Assembly (NCBI RefSeq): GCF_009914755.1
Contig: NC_060935.1
From: the human T2T-CHM13v2.0 reference genome, Homo sapiens
Strand: one strand, 5' to 3'
DNA length: 64,000 nucleotides
The notes under the pieces were generated by a model. It ran no database searches, had not been told where the DNA came from, and worked only from the letters and a program-made list of their open reading frames with translations. The position numbers and the translations under genes were made by a program. Positions 14,453-29,392 of the stretch are shown here, piece after piece. Positions within the stretch are counted from its first letter, which is position 1. Each line of letters begins with the position of its first letter.

Positions 14453-14725
14453 TGCTTCCAAAAGTGTGGTATCAGGAATGGTAGATGAGATGTTTTTGGC
14501 AGGACACAACTTTTTTTAATTAAATAGCTAAATGGCATTTTAATGTGTATTTAATGTGCCTTCTATTTATGGCAAGTGACTCTACCTCTCAATGAGGTAG
14601 TATATTTTTTCTTAAAATAAATTTATGAAAATAAAAAGTAAGACTGTTTAGAGAAAAACATGAGTAGTAGAGGAAACGAGAAAAGTTGTTAAGGTGGTAA
14701 CGCAAATGACTGAAACTGGGAAACT
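14453..14725 (-). mobile_element. hAT-Charlie element (Charlie4a-like)
   Basis: ttccaaaagtgtggta...ccttctatttatggcaagtga...aaggtggtaacgcaaatgactgaaactgggaaac. Confidence 0.65.
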
Positions 14726-15243
14726 CAACAATAATTGCAAGACAGATTGAGGAGACATTATGATATTCACTCTATAGTGATGAAATTAATACTCTAAAAA
14801 TGACGTTGGCCAACTGCATCAATAGACTAACTCAGTGAGATAAATAATACTAACAACTAAAAATTATAGGCACTTTTATCATTTACAAAATACTTTTTCA
14901 TATTATCTCTTTTAATTTCATAATTGAATGTGTTGACATGTAATATTAAAGCTAATGGAAAATAACACAAGAGTTCTATCTTTAAAAAGACTGAGCATGT
15001 ATATGATGTTTGTGTTACAGCATTAGTAAAGGAGAGCTCTCATGGGCCTAATCACCTAAGACCTAGGTTCGGAATTCAGGTCAGTTGCTCATGTGGAACC
15101 CAGAACAGGCTACTTGTTCAATAGTCAACAGACACTGAACACCTATCATGTGAGAGGCACAGATCCAGGTACTTGGGATAAATCAGTACACAGAATAGCA
15201 AAGGTACTTGACCTCAGGGAATTTACCTTCTAATGAAAGAGAC

Positions 15244-15603
15244 TACTATGGTCTGAATGTTGTGTCTCCCAAAATTCATACATTGAAACCTAGTCCTCAT
15301 TGTAATAGTATTAGAAGGTGGGACCTTTGAGAAATAATTAGGTCATTAGGGCTCCACCTTCATGAATGGGAATGGTGCCCTTATAAAAGAGACTGCAGAA
15401 AGCTAACTAGCCTTTCCACCATGTGAAGATGCAGTAAGAAAATACCTTTTATGAATCAGAAGACAGCCCTCACCAGACACTGAGTCTATCAGCACGTTGA
15501 TCTTGAACTTCCCAGCCTCCAGAACTGTAAGAAATACATTTCTTTGGTTTATAAGTTACCCAGTCTATGGTAATTTATGTAGCAACTTAAATGGACTCAG
15601 ACA
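15244..15603 (+). mobile_element. MLT1A0-like solo LTR
   Basis: tatggtctgaatgttgtgtctcccaaaattcata...ccagcctccagaactgtaagaaata...ggactcagaca; TSD gagac / gagtc. Confidence 0.9.
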
Positions 15604-16093
15604 GAGTCATAAACCTCGAAAGTAAATTATAGAATGTATTAGAAGTCAAGAAATGCTCTGTAAAAAGGGAGGAAAGGGGGAAGAGGATAGTATGAAATAG
15701 CAGTCAGACTGGGCTTCGTGAAGGAGATGACATTTGACTTTAAAAAGGCAAGGGCATGAGCCAAAAAGGTGTCTGGGGAAAGGAGAGTCCAGCAAGAAGG
15801 ACTTACTTAGGGTTTCCTAAGGCCAGCATGTACCTGATGCACTCAGGAAACTGCAAGGAGACCTGTATGATTGGAACAGACTGGGCAATGGGGAAAGTAG
15901 CAGGAAGTGGGTTCAGAGAGGTGGAGGTAGGAGGTGCAAATCACGTAGGGCCTTGTAGGCCATTGTTTAGTAACTTCAGCTTTTACCCTAAGTGAAATGG
16001 AAAGCCATTGCAGGATTTTGAGCATATGGGTGACATGAACTCACTTATACTTTAAAGGATGACTCTGACTGCCCTGTTAAAAATAGAATATGA

Positions 16094-16425
<332 letters not shown>

Positions 16426-17366
16426 CTATTGCAATAATCCAGGTTAAAGATTATGGTAACTAGGAATACAACCATAGCAGTAGATGTGAGAAGTAGCTGG
16501 ACTCTGGATATAGGCTAAGGGTGGAGCCATGGAAGTTCCTAATGGACTAAATATAAAGTGTGAGAGAGAGGGGGCAGTTAATTGGACTTAACAATTGGAA
16601 GAATAGAATGACAATAACTGAGCTGGGAAAGGCTATAAATAGAGTAGGTTTGGGGATTAAGATCAGGCTTTAATTTTTTATTTATATACATATTTACCAT
16701 TTCTGGTGTTCTAAACTTCTTTGTGTAGATTCATACTTTTTACTTGTATTATATTTTTTCTGCCTGAAGGAATTCAGGCATTAAAGGAATTCCTTTTAAT
16801 TTTCCTGTATGACAAGAAAGGACTGCTGGTGATTAACTCTTTCAGCTTGTTTGTCTTGGAAATTTGTTATATTTTGCTTTACTTTTTGAAAGATATGTTC
16901 ACTGGGTATAGGATTCTAATTCAGCAGTTTTTTTCTTTCAGTATTTTAAAGGAATCATTCTGTGTCTTCTGGCTTCCATTGTTTCCAGTGAGAAATCAGC
17001 TGTAATTCTCTGCATTCAATGTCTCTTTTAAAAAATCTATGGTGGCTTTTAAGAATTAGTCTTTATCACTGGCTTTGAGCTACTTGATGATATGACCTCA
17101 TGGTCATTTTCTTAGTCTTCCTTTTCCTTAGAGTTTGTGGAGCTTCTTAAGTCTGCAGGCTTATAGTTTGTATCAAATTAAAAAATGTTTTCCATCATTA
17201 TTTCTTCTATTTATTTTTTGGTTCCCTTTCTCTCTCCTTTCTTTTGAGGACTCAAACTACACATATATTAACCTGGTTCAAATTGTCCCAAAGTTCACTG
17301 ATGCTCTGTCATTTGTTTTCAATCATTTTTCTCTGTGTGTTTCATTTTGGATGGTTTCTATTGCTA

Positions 17367-17708
<342 letters not shown>

Positions 17709-18487
17709 AAAAATTTCTTCTTTAGTGCCTAATCATCTCTTAATCACATCTAATGTATTTTTTATCTCAGACATTGTATTTTTCACCTGTAAAGGTTAGA
17801 TTTGGGTTGAATGAAAAGGACTGTGTCTTTCCTTAGCATATACTGCTTCCTCTATTTTCTTGAATTTATGATATTTAGTCCTAATAACTGTTACATAGTC
17901 TTTGCCTAATAAGTATGTTATCTATTCATTTCTGGGCCTATTTCTATTGATATTTTTTCCTTGTTATGGGTCCTATTTCCTGCTTTTTATTTATGTATTT
18001 ATGTTATTTATGTATTTATTTATTCATTGGCATGCCTGGTAATTTTGATTGGATGCCAGACTTTGTGAATTTTAGCTTTTCAAGTGCTGGATATTTTTAT
18101 ACTCTTTTAAATATTTTTGAGTTTTGTTTGAGGATGCAGTTAAATTACTCAGAATGTGTTTAATCCTGTTGAGGCTTGCTTTTAAGTTTTGTTCAGTGGG
18201 ACTAATGTAGCCTTTACACTGAAGTTAATTTTAACTTATTACTGAGGCAATACCCTTCTGAATATTTTTCCCATTACCCCATTTATTACAAAGTTTTCCC
18301 ACTCTGGCTGGTGGAAACATGAACTATTCCTGGTCTTAGCTGGGCTTCTAAGATTGTTCTGCCTACTGCTTTCTAAAGGTTCTTTCCAAGGCCTCAGGTA
18401 GTTTCTTTACATGCATGTGTTCATCAATACTCAGCTGAAAACACAGGAGAATCTACAGATTTCCAAAGGTCTCTCCCTCTGCGTGCA

Positions 18488-18504
18488 TGTGTGTGTGTGT
18501 GTGT
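18488..18504 (+). repeat. (TG)8 microsatellite
   Basis: Read directly. Confidence 0.9.
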
Positions 18505-18909
18505 ATGTGCACATGTATGCAACTTCTCTCTGTGCAGCTCTCTCTTCTCCAGTACTCTGTTCTGTTCATTCTAGCCACCCTGGGATCCCTAAATTCTTAA
18601 CTCTGTCCTCAACTCAGGAAAATCACAGTTCTGTTTGAATTCTCCATTCCTGGTGCCATGCTCTGGAAACTCTCTCCAGGCATTAATTTGAGACAATCAG
18701 AAGGGTCACCTCACTCATTTCCCTTCTCTTAGGGATCTTTGTCCTATGCTGTCTAGTGTCCAATATCTGAAAACCATTGTTTCTTATGTTGAGTTATTTG
18801 CTTCAGTTGTCCAAAGTGAGAGGGTCAATCCAGTTGCTCTTACTCCAAAGTTCAGTTTTTAACATGTTGAGTGTGAAATGTCTGTTAGACATCAAAGTGG
18901 AGGTAGGAG

Positions 18910-19052
18910 GCCTACTAAAACACATCTAACTAGGCCCTAACTTCAGAATTTCTGGTTCAGTAGCTCTGGCGCAAGGCCTAAAACTTTGTATTTCTAACAA
19001 GTTCCCAGGTAATGCTATTACTGCTTGTCAGGGACCATACTTTGAGAACACC
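18910..19052 (+). mobile_element. MER5A (partial)
   Basis: cagaatttctggttcagtag...gtatttctaacaagttcccaggtaatgct...gggaccatactttgagaac. Confidence 0.85.
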
Positions 19053-19260
19053 GGCATACTGCAATTTTGCCCCACGATGTGGCTAATGTTTTTTTTTTAA
19101 TATAAAACAAAAATCAGAGAGTTACTTCTCTGTTAATAATCTTGGACAGATCCAGAGATCTGTAATCTTCAGGATTGGGCTGACCCTGGTCAGTCTTTCC
19201 AGCATCCTTTCCCCTCCTTCCTGAACTCCCTGTGCTAGGCTATTCACACAGTACCCTGGC

Positions 19261-19328
19261 TGTGCCAGGTTTTCCTGGCTTCCCCTGATGTCTTTGTGCC
19301 AGGTTCTCCTGGCGTCCCCTGATGTCTT
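19261..19328 (+). repeat. 34-bp tandem duplication (2 copies)
   Basis: tgtgccaggtt(t/c)tcctggc(t/g)tcccctgatgtctt twice, 2 mismatches. Confidence 0.9.
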
Positions 19329-19619
19329 TGCACATGCTGTGACCTCCTTCTGGAAGGTCCTCCTTCTACCATGTTCAGCAGAGTCCAAGTTATCATTTAT
19401 CAGCTTTGGTATCACTCCCTTTATGGGACCTTTCCTGGCGCTAGGCAGAATTGGGTCTCCCTCTTCTATCTCCCAATAGTGTGTTAGCACTTAGCGGAGT
19501 TTCCTAATAACTGTTTTCTTGTCAATCTTCCTCATTATATTTGGACCTCCTTTAGGAGAGGGCTTTTTAAATTATTCTTAATTTATTTCCTTTACTTTGC
19601 TCCTAACTGAATGGTAAAG

Positions 19620-20295
19620 ATCTCTAGAGACTTTTTTTTTACTTGCAGGAACACTGTTAGTTGTCCCAATAGTTGGTGGGAGACTACTAGTATTTAGGGA
19701 GCAGAGATTACTAAAGCCACAGCATGGTATCTCACAGGCAAGAATAGTCAACATCAACCATGATTTTCAAATATCCCATCGGATATCATGTAAGTGGAAA
19801 CCTTGTTTATGATTAACTGAACATAGAACCTAACTCTGTGTTACAAAAAAACAAAGTATTTTTGCACAATTTGAACATACAATGGGTTACCTGAATTGCA
19901 ACTACCACATAAATGGAGGAAAGGTCAGACTTTGTTTTGCTGGGAAATTTAACCAGAAACTTTTACCATTTGGAGAAATCACATAACCAAAAGCAACACT
20001 CTCATTGTAGTTGAGTCTTTAACACATGGAAATCATCATGTCAATCTGCATTTGTAGCTGATACATTCGTGATAACATGCAGATGCAAACATCTAACTAC
20101 AACAGCAGCTGCACTTAGCATTTAAATGTTACTTATTTTTTAAGTTATTTTCCTTTTACTTTTACTTTTCTTTAGAGTTAGAATGATATATTATCTCTTA
20201 AAAGTACATTTGCAGGTATGTTATGCTATCTGTAAATTTTATTTCAAGACAGTAGTTAATTATAAATTGTTATGGAGGGAGTCGGTATACAAAGC
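19620..20295 (+). mobile_element. MER20B-like hAT element
   Basis: catgtaagtggaaaccttgtttatgatta...agaacctaactc...gaattgcaactacc...gactttgttttg. Confidence 0.65.
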
Positions 20296-20604
20296 TGTCA
20301 CTATCATTCCATAAAATAAAATCCAGATTCCCTGACATGGCATTTGAAATCTTTTACAATTTTGTTCTAGAGCATTTTTCCAATCTCCATTCCAACCTTC
20401 TCCCACCTTCCCTTCTCCAGCCACATAGAGTTTCCACCTTCTCTTGTGCACACCATGTTCTCACTCTTTGCACATCTGGACTTCCTCAATCTGGAGTTTT
20501 CTTGTCCCCTTCTATTGACTTCCCACTGGGTTTTTTTAAAGCCCTGCTCAACATAATTGCTAGTTTGCCTGCCTTCCTCTCACATCAGTCTATAGTCTCC
20601 TCAA

Positions 20605-20875
20605 GGATAGTATGTTGGCTGAAAGCTTTGGCTTTGATGTAAGCCAACTGGGTTCAAATCCACCTCTGAAACACTCTAGTTGGGTGATCTTGACTTTGGG
20701 CAAGCTAACTAACCTTGCTAAAACTCAGTATTTTCTTTTACAGAATAAAGGCAATAATACTTACCTCTCAAGGAGTTTGAAAGAATTAAATGAAATACTG
20801 CCTGTACAGCACCTAGCAGAGTACCTATCCCTTAGTAAATGCTCAATCAGTAGTAATTATTGCCATAGTTATTAT
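20605..20875 (+). mobile_element. MIR inside L2-derived sequence
   Basis: ctgggttcaaatcc...gactttgggcaag...aataatacttacctc...cttagtaaatgctcaat. Confidence 0.8.
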
Positions 20876-21986
20876 TCATTCCTTACATTTATCATATTAC
20901 ATAAAACATAGTGGATGGGCAATAAATGCTTGATGAATACATTCATTTGATTCTAATATATACTACTCATCTGAAAAAAAACCATTGGAGACATACCTAA
21001 CCTCAGAGAAAGTCGTTGAGTGTGATATTGGAGCAGAGTGTTTTCCTGAAGTCTCTTCAGTAACATCATGTGGACAATTATTCCAACCAAGCTCAACCTG
21101 TGCCTCTTGACAATTTATAATTAATCCGGATGACCCAGATCCCAGATGAAGGGAAATAGTCAGAAAAATAGAGATAGTTGCTCTTTTATGCAAGCTTATG
21201 TTCCAGAATATAGATAATCCCTTTAAACAGGAATTTTTAGACTGTGTAGGAAGACATGCCTCATACTTTGCTCCAATTTAAAACAAGCACTGGGATTGGA
21301 GTGGAGCCAAGGACTCTGACATTAATGGAGGAAGAAATGAGCAGGCTCATTTCCCTGTAGAAATAGACAGAGGGAGAAGTCGATGTTCTTTACACTGATA
21401 ACAACCCAAAAGGAGAATTGAGAAAGGAGAGTGCATTCAATCACAAAAACAGCCAGAGAGATGTCCCTATCCCCATGCCCACTAGCAATTACCAGGGCAA
21501 GATTGGTTCTGTTTCTGTACCCCTATAGTTCTGCAATAGAACTGAAGTATGTATTTGGATTACAAGTTTTTTCACTCAATTACCTGTAACTGCCAACTGA
21601 AATCTGGTGTTATTTAAATAACTTTTGTGTTATTTTGACCTAGAATTACAGAAACTTAAAAAGGTCAAATTTTATAGTTAAAAGAGTCGTGAGGGATCAT
21701 TTCTTTCTGTTACTGTCTTTATGTTTAAATGTCATCTAAGCAACATTTTCTACAGTAACCACTACAAGTTTATTAAGAATGGATTTTGGGGGAAACCCAT
21801 TTGGAAACTGATTAATTTTTCAGATGTCCTATCTCAGCACTTCAGTTGATTGACAACACATAGTGCAGTTGTCAAGCTACGTTAGACCAAAAGACCTCAT
21901 GCAGGCAGTTTTGGTTTTCTATTAAAATGTAATTTATAATAGGTATTATTTAGCTGTGCTTTTTATTTGCAAGGTATAAAGCATTA

Positions 21987-22478
21987 CAGTTGACCCTTGA
22001 ACAATACAGGTTTGAATTGCCCCAGTCCACTTGTAAGCAGACTTTTTCCAATAAAATTTATACTTAATGTGCCTGCCTCTCCTGCCTCCCCTTCCCCTTT
22101 CTCCACCTCTTCTGCCTCCTCCGAAACAGCAAGATCAACCCTTTCTCTTCCTCCTCCTCAGCCTACTCAACATGAAGACAATGAGGATGAAGAACTCTAT
22201 GATAATCCACTTCCACAATGAATAGTAAATATATTTTCTCTGCCTTATGATTTTCCTAATAATATTTTCTTTTCTCTGGCTTACTTTATTGTAAGAATAC
22301 AGTATATAATACATATAACATCCAAAATATGTGTTAATCAATTGTTTGTTACCAGTAAGTCTTCCTGTCAACAGTTGGCTATTAGTAGTTACATTTTTAG
22401 GGGTTTAAATTCATAAGCATATTTTTGCCTAAACAGGGGTCAGCATTCCTAACCCTCACATTGTTCAAGAGTCGACTG
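21987..22478 (+). mobile_element. Tigger2a (MER28-type) non-autonomous DNA transposon, complete
   Basis: TIRs cagttgacccttgaacaa and ttgttcaagagtcgactg, TA on both sides; internal cctcctcagcctactcaacatgaagac. Confidence 0.9.
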
Positions 22479-22486
22479 TATTTTGT

Positions 22487-22800
22487 GGCCAGGTTCTGTG
22501 GTTCACGCCTGCAATCCCAGCACTTTGGGAGGCCAAGACGGGTGGATCACTTGAGGTCAGGAGTTCAAGACCATCCTGGCCAACATGGTGAAACCCTGTC
22601 TCTATTAAAAATACAAAAGTCAGCCAGGCATGGTGGTGCATGCCTGTAGTCTCAGCTACTTGGAAGGCTGAGGCAGGAGAATCGCTTGAACCTGTAAGGC
22701 ACAGGTTCAGTGAGCCAAGGTTGTGCCACTACACTCCAGCCTGGGTGACAGAGCAGGACTCTGTTTCAAAAAAAAATAAATTAATGTTAAAAAAAAAAAG
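22487..22800 (+). mobile_element. Alu (AluSx/Sz-like)
   Basis: Full dimer; TSD gagtc(g/a)act(g/a)tattttg at 22469 and 22801. Confidence 0.95.
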
Positions 22801-23039
22801 GAGTCAACTATATTTTGCTTAATGCAAACACCTAAATGTCAAGTGGCTCTGCATCTCACCAGACTCAACTGGGATCCATGATTAATAAATTAATTATTTG
22901 TTTCCTTATTTACTCTTAGGGAAAGGCTTTCCATCTCACATGTTGGTGCTTTGGATCTGTTCACATTCCACTTGCTTCTCCTTGAATAGCTGAAGAAGTA
23001 AACTCAAACCAAGTTTATATATTGAAGTCTTAAAATATA

Positions 23040-23480
23040 AAGTCCTAAACTAAAACCAACCATAGTACTTCTTGGCTTCCAATCCCTTCATAATCTGATG
23101 CTTCTTCATCTCTCCAGCCTCACTTCCCATCCTTTTCTAGTGACATGATATTCCTTTGAGTTGCTCAAACATGCCTTGCTTTCTCATTTCCAGCCTTCAT
23201 ATATGCTGTTCTCTCTGCCTGGGACACTGTTCTTCCCATTACTCCTCATTGCTCAAGTCTAGATTTAAATCTCACTTCTCCCTGAAGGTCTTCTCTAAAC
23301 TCTAGGCCCGGTAAGATGTTGCTGCAATGTATCCTCATAGCACCCTGTATTTCCCCACTTAGGGAGTTATCTGCTTTCTCCACTGAACAATAAGATTCAC
23401 AATATCTATCTCGGCCACCAGGAACATGCATGATATATATACTCTGTAAACATTAGCTGAATACATATATTGATGAATGC
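23040..23480 (+). mobile_element. L2 3' relic
   Basis: tctctccagcctcacttccc...atatgctgttctctctgcctgg...aaatctcacttctccctgaagg...gctgaatacatatattgatgaatg. Confidence 0.7.
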
Positions 23481-23639
23481 ATCAGCTGTTTCAATCACCT
23501 TCACGTGTTAAGACAATATCTCCTTTCACATATGAATTGACCAAATTCTAATGAGCTTAAGAGATTTGTCCAACACCGCTATAGCATTTTGGCATCAGAA
23601 CTGTTACTCAAGTCTCCCATTTTTATTATTATATTATTT

Positions 23640-23975
23640 ATGGTTACAAACCAAAATATCCTCTAGGGTCATCAGTGAAATGGAAGGGATGTAAGACCAT
23701 AGGTGATGGAGGGGGCTGTGACAAACTGAAGGACTCATGCCTCATTTGAGGGGAGCATCCGATATTCAGACCTAGCCAATTGTTGCCATAGAACGGGGTC
23801 CAGTGTTGCCAGATCTTCTTTTTTTCAAAAGAAAAATAAACCCATAAGTTTATGTGAAATATTCTGGATTTTAATACTAGCAAAATAAAATGTATTTGAT
23901 GTAATATACTGGGCATCCTAAACAAAATACTCATATACTAGGCATGGACTCTAAGGCCCCAGTGTGCCATCTCCA
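23640..23975 (-). mobile_element. MER102-like hAT element
   Basis: gccaattgttgccat...ccagtgttgccagatcttctttttttcaa...tttatgtgaaat. Confidence 0.75.
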
Positions 23976-24399
23976 CACTGCACTGAGCTGCTTCTTTCTA
24001 CACAACCCAGACCTATGGAGAGACCTTCCCTTGTTCCAACAACCAGCACTCAGGCAATCCTGTAATCCCCCTGTAGTTGAGAATTGAAAAATTCAATAAA
24101 ACACAATTGCCTTTTAAGAGAGACACTCAGCTCTCCAATTGCTTTAGAATCGATCGACCCCCCACTGCATTAAGTTCAGCTCCCACACAGGCTATGGTAA
24201 CTCTTATGATCTCACATAACAGAAAACAAAACTCTGCAAAAGTGGAAGAACAATTTTTTTTCCAGGAGATAACAAAGTACCACTTATACAAAGAAAGAAG
24301 ACTGGATCTTATTTCTGGAGAAAAATGGCACCAAAGTTTCTACTTTCCTCCCCACTGTTACAACTAATCAGTGTATGACAACAGAGAGACTCGCCTAGC

Positions 24400-24625
24400 A
24401 TTAGACTCAGAGGAGTTTGGTTTGCAGTCTGGCCCTTGCTCTTGAAGCTCCATGATCTCAAGTAAGTAGAACCTGTTGAGAGCCTCAGTGTTCTCATGGA
24501 TAAAATAAGAAGAAAGTCTACCTCCTCCCAGGGCTGCAGTGAGGAAGGGACCAGGGAAGAGGCAGGTAGAAGGGCTTTGCCACCTGTCATATACCACACC
24601 AGTGTTAAGAGTTGACAATAAGTGG
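24400..24625 (+). mobile_element. MIR
   Basis: gagcctcagtgttctcat...tacctcctcccagggctgcagtgagga. Confidence 0.65.
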
Positions 24626-24822
24626 GGCTAACTGAACTTCGTTATTCCTGTGAACCTATTCTAGGTAGGAATGCCTGGCCCTGAATTCCTCTTCTGGACT
24701 TGAATGTGGTCCAGTGGAATTGCAAAGTCAGGATGAGAATTAATTTCTCATCATAGAGAAGAGAAATCCTATTTTTGTACTCTAGAGCCTATTTATCTAA
24801 TTTTTACCCCCTCACTCTCTTC

Positions 24823-25201
24823 TGATATGGTTTGGCTGTATCCCCACCCAAATCTCAGCTTGAATTGTAGTTCCCATAATCCGCACGTGTCATGGGAGGA
24901 ACTTGGTGGCAGGCAATTGAATCATGGGGGCAGTTACCCCCATGCTGCTGTTCTCATGATATTGAGTGAGTTTTCATGAGATCTGATGGTTTTATAAGGA
25001 TCTTTTCCCCCTTTTTTGCTCATTCTTCTCCTTCCTGCCACCACATGAAGAAAGGCGTGTTTGCTTCCTCTTCCACCATGATTGTAAGTTTCCTGAGGCC
25101 TCCCCGGCCCTGCAGAACTGTAAGTCAATTAAGCCTCTTTTCTTTATAAATTACCCAGTCTTGGGAAGTTCTTTATAGCAGCATGAGAACAGACTAATAC
25201 A
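24823..25201 (+). mobile_element. THE1 solo LTR (THE1D/C-like)
   Basis: tgatatggtttggctgtatccccacccaaatctc...ccatgattgtaagtttcctgaggcctcccc...gaacagactaataca. Confidence 0.93.
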
Positions 25202-25954
25202 CTTTCTTATTCAAATATCAAGAAAGAGTCATAGGTTTTCCCCATTACTGATTCCCGTCAATTTCTCTATAACTTCTCGAGAGCACCACTTGATGTCTAC
25301 TAGGCTCTTACAGGTACCATTCTCTGCACTTACTTGTATTTATTCATTTGATTCTTACATCTAAACAACTGGTCTAAAACCCACTGCTAGAAAGTAATAA
25401 AGTCGGGATTTGAATTCTGTTCCTCTGGCTTCAGACCCTGAGCATTTAGCCACAATAATACATTATTTCCCCCTCCATGCACTGGAATCTGCTTTTGCAT
25501 CTACCATTTGTTCATTCATTCACTCTTTTGACAATTCTAGACTGAGTGTCTACAATACGCCATACCCTCGTGAAGCTTATATTCCAAAGGAAAGAAAAAA
25601 TGAATAAATTAAATAAGTTAAATATATATATACAGTAGGCAAGCTAGTAATCAATGCTAAGGATAAAAAAATTAAACAGGTAAGAGAGCTATGATAGCAT
25701 GGGCAGGAGACTAGTCCAACAGTTGGAATGTGGGATCTACAGGCAGTTATAACAGTCAGGGGCTCAGCACCAGGCACAGAGTGCATACAAACCAAGGGAA
25801 CATGGCAGACTTGTAGGAAAGAGACCCAACCAGTATTAAGCCCTGACTTTGTGCCAAACACAACATGTACAACATAAGTTGTCTCATTTGCCTTCTATCT
25901 TATTCACCTATGGTATCATTATATCAACTTAACAAGCCAGAATTTTTAATAACT

Positions 25955-26170
25955 TTGTTATTAATACTAACATGTACCAGGCCAAGTTCTTAGCACTTTG
26001 CATATATCTTATTTGAGCCTCTGAGGAAGGTATTGTTATCCTTTCTCATCAAAAATGAAATGAAGATAAGGGAGTTTACTGAGTTTACTCAAGGTTACCC
26101 AGCCAGCAAGTGGCAGGGACAGGATTCAAACACAAGCAGGGTTTCAAACCCAAATGTCTTGCTTCTAAAC
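25955..26170 (-). mobile_element. MIR
   Basis: caggccaagttcttagcactttgcatat...ctcaaggttacccagccagcaagtggcagggacaggattcaaac. Confidence 0.75.
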
Positions 26171-26254
26171 TAAATAACCTGCTGTATAGAGGTCAGTAAA
26201 CAAGGATCCCAGCTGGAAAGCAGTGTCAAGAACATGGCAGCAGGTGGCAGCAAA

Positions 26255-26946
<692 letters not shown>

Positions 26947-27301
26947 GCAGGTAACAGAACTCCAGTTCCTTCGGGAAGAGGAATGAGATGATTGAGAAAA
27001 TGGAAGTCAAGATGCAACCTTATTATAACTAGAGTACCAGTTCTGGCCAGTGGGAAAGTGGAGATGATGGAGTAGGGGTGTGAGATGAGAGTGAGCAGCA
27101 GGCTTGCCCTGAGTCACCTACTGTATGATCGAGAGCGCCTTCAGTGTGCTGAGGCTGGAGGTTATGCCCTCGGTGTCTTACCCTGCAGTCCTGCAGTAGG
27201 AGGCAGGGGTGTGGGCACCAGAGCTACTGGGCAGAGAACGAAGAAAGTCATTTCACTGCTGTAGGAGCAGCCAGCTCATGGCTTCTCTCTAAAACTGGTG
27301 T

Positions 27302-28193
27302 ACAATTTACAAAAAACAAAAAAAAAAATCAACCCCATAAAAAAGTGAGCAAGGACATGAACAGACAGTTTTCAAAAGAAGACATACAGACATACATGTG
27401 GCCAACAATCATATGAAAAAACAGCTCAACATCACCGATCACTAGAGAAATGCAAATGAAACCACAATGAGATACCATCTCACACCAGTCAGAATGGCAA
27501 TTATTTAAAAAGTCAAAAAATAACAGATGCTGGCGAGGTTGTGGAGAAAAAGGAATGCTTATACAATGGTGGTAGAAGTGCAAATTAGTTCAACCATTGT
27601 GGTAAACAGTGTGGCAATTCCTCAAAGACCTAAAGTCAGAAATCCCATTCAACTCAGCAATCTCATTACTGGATTTATATGCAAAGGAATATAAATCATT
27701 CTATTATAAAGACGCATGCACACATATGTTCATTGTAGCACTATTCACAATAGCAAAGACATACTCTCAACCTAAATGCCCATCAATAATAGACTGGATA
27801 CAGAAAATGTGGTACATATATACCATGGAATACTATGAAGCCATAAAAAAGAATGAGGTCATGTCCTTTCCAGAGACATGGATGGAGCTGGGGGCCATTA
27901 TCCTCACCAAACTAACACAGGAACAGAAAACCAAATACCACATGTTCTCACTTACAAATGGAAGCTAAATGGTGAGAACACACGGACACATAGAAGGGAA
28001 CAATAAACTCTGGGGCCTTTTGGAGGGTAGAGGGTGGAAGAAGGAAGAGGATCAAGAAAATCAACTAATGGTTACTAGGCTTAATACCTGGGTGATGAAA
28101 TAATCTGTACAACAAACCCCCATGACACAAGTTTACCTATGTAACAAACCTGCACTTGTACCCCTGAACTTAAAAGTTAATAAAGAAATAAAT
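27302..28193 (+). mobile_element. 5'-truncated L1 (L1PA13-16-like): ORF2 C-terminus plus 3'UTR
   Basis: ORF 27609-27968 encodes the ORF2p C-terminus (WQFLKDL...MWYIYTMEYY); 3'UTR ending cccctgaacttaaaagtt; TSD aaactggtgt at 27292 and 28194. Confidence 0.93.
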
Positions 28194-28573
28194 AAACTGG
28201 TGTGCCTATTCCCATCATTAATGAGCTCTACTTATTCTCTATACATCAGCACCATCCTCTATAACTTGTGTGCATGAGTGTATATGTATCTATCCATCTG
28301 GGAGTGGTAAGCAGAAAGAAAGAAAGAGAGAGAGGTAAATTATGTTAAAGAAAGAGAGGAGGAGAGAGAATAAAAATGAGAATCACAAGGGGAGGGAGGG
28401 AGAGAAGGGGGCATCCAGGGAATGAAGATCTATGGGGTTGGACCCCATGCAGAGACCCTTATCCTTGTATAGTCGTCAGGTGCCTGGCAACTGAGGAATC
28501 CAGGAGGCTCTATAAGCAAGGCTGATTTTCTTGTCTGTGGGCCTGAGGATATCTAATTTATAAAGAGTCTAGA

Positions 28574-28910
28574 CCAGAGTTTCCCAACCACTCTGCCTAC
28601 CTTAAAGCAGCCAGGCTGGATCTGAGCAGCCAAAGTCCTGAAGCATCTACCAGGATGCCAAACAAATGTTAATTCTATTCATGGAATAGATAGGCCATGG
28701 AAAAGGTTAGGGAGCACTGCTGCAGACCAGAACTTCCCAAATGTGTGAAAAGAGGGCTCCACAGTCACTTTAGAAAATGCTGTGTATTGTATACCACTTT
28801 GTGAATATACTCACAAAATGCAGCAGCATAATAAAGGCTCTGAGAAGCTCTCAGTGTAGGGAACAAGGTAGGAGACCTGTTAACTTTGCTTAGGCCTTCC
28901 AGTATCAGAC
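28574..28910. mobile_element. Two adjacent old hAT elements (MER112-like ~28574-28720; MER103C-like ~28727-28910)
   Basis: cagagtttcccaacc...aaaaggttagggagcactg; agcataataaaggctctgagaag. Confidence 0.55.
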
Positions 28911-29392
28911 TATATAGCTGGTTAACTTACATCCTTAAATCCAATAAAGCCAAGGATGGGAAACCCTATATCTCCCAGCCCAAATGCACGTTCTTTCTTT
29001 TCAGGAAGTGCTAATTCTCCTACCAGGTGATGCTTGCTGAAGCACAGGCAGTCTCTAAGATTAGATGGCCATCTTCCAGGCCAAGCAATAGGTGGTAAAG
29101 AAGTCAATCAATGTGTCCTTACCGGCCTAGTCTCCTGCTGGCAAACCAGCACATGCCTCCAACCAATAGTTCAGCGGCCAGAAACAAGCTTGTTGCAAGT
29201 TGTATGTTAGGGGTTGGCCAAGCACAGATTTAATTCTTAAGGTTTAGAACCATAGCTCAAGGGGCTAAAAATTCACTATTAAAATTGTGAAAAATTTGCG
29301 TGAGTCTAGAGAGTATGCGTGATTCGAGACAGACCGCAGCTCCTTTAACAGGCCTCAATTTTTCCAACGTATAAAAGGAGTGGGTTGGGTGA

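Noticed and set aside
19261-19328. 34-bp direct repeat as CRISPR-like
   Set aside because: Two adjacent copies with no spacer in mammalian DNA; an ordinary tandem duplication.
27609-27968. 119-aa ORF with real protein similarity
   Set aside because: C-terminal remnant of L1 ORF2p in a 5'-truncated copy; not a host gene.
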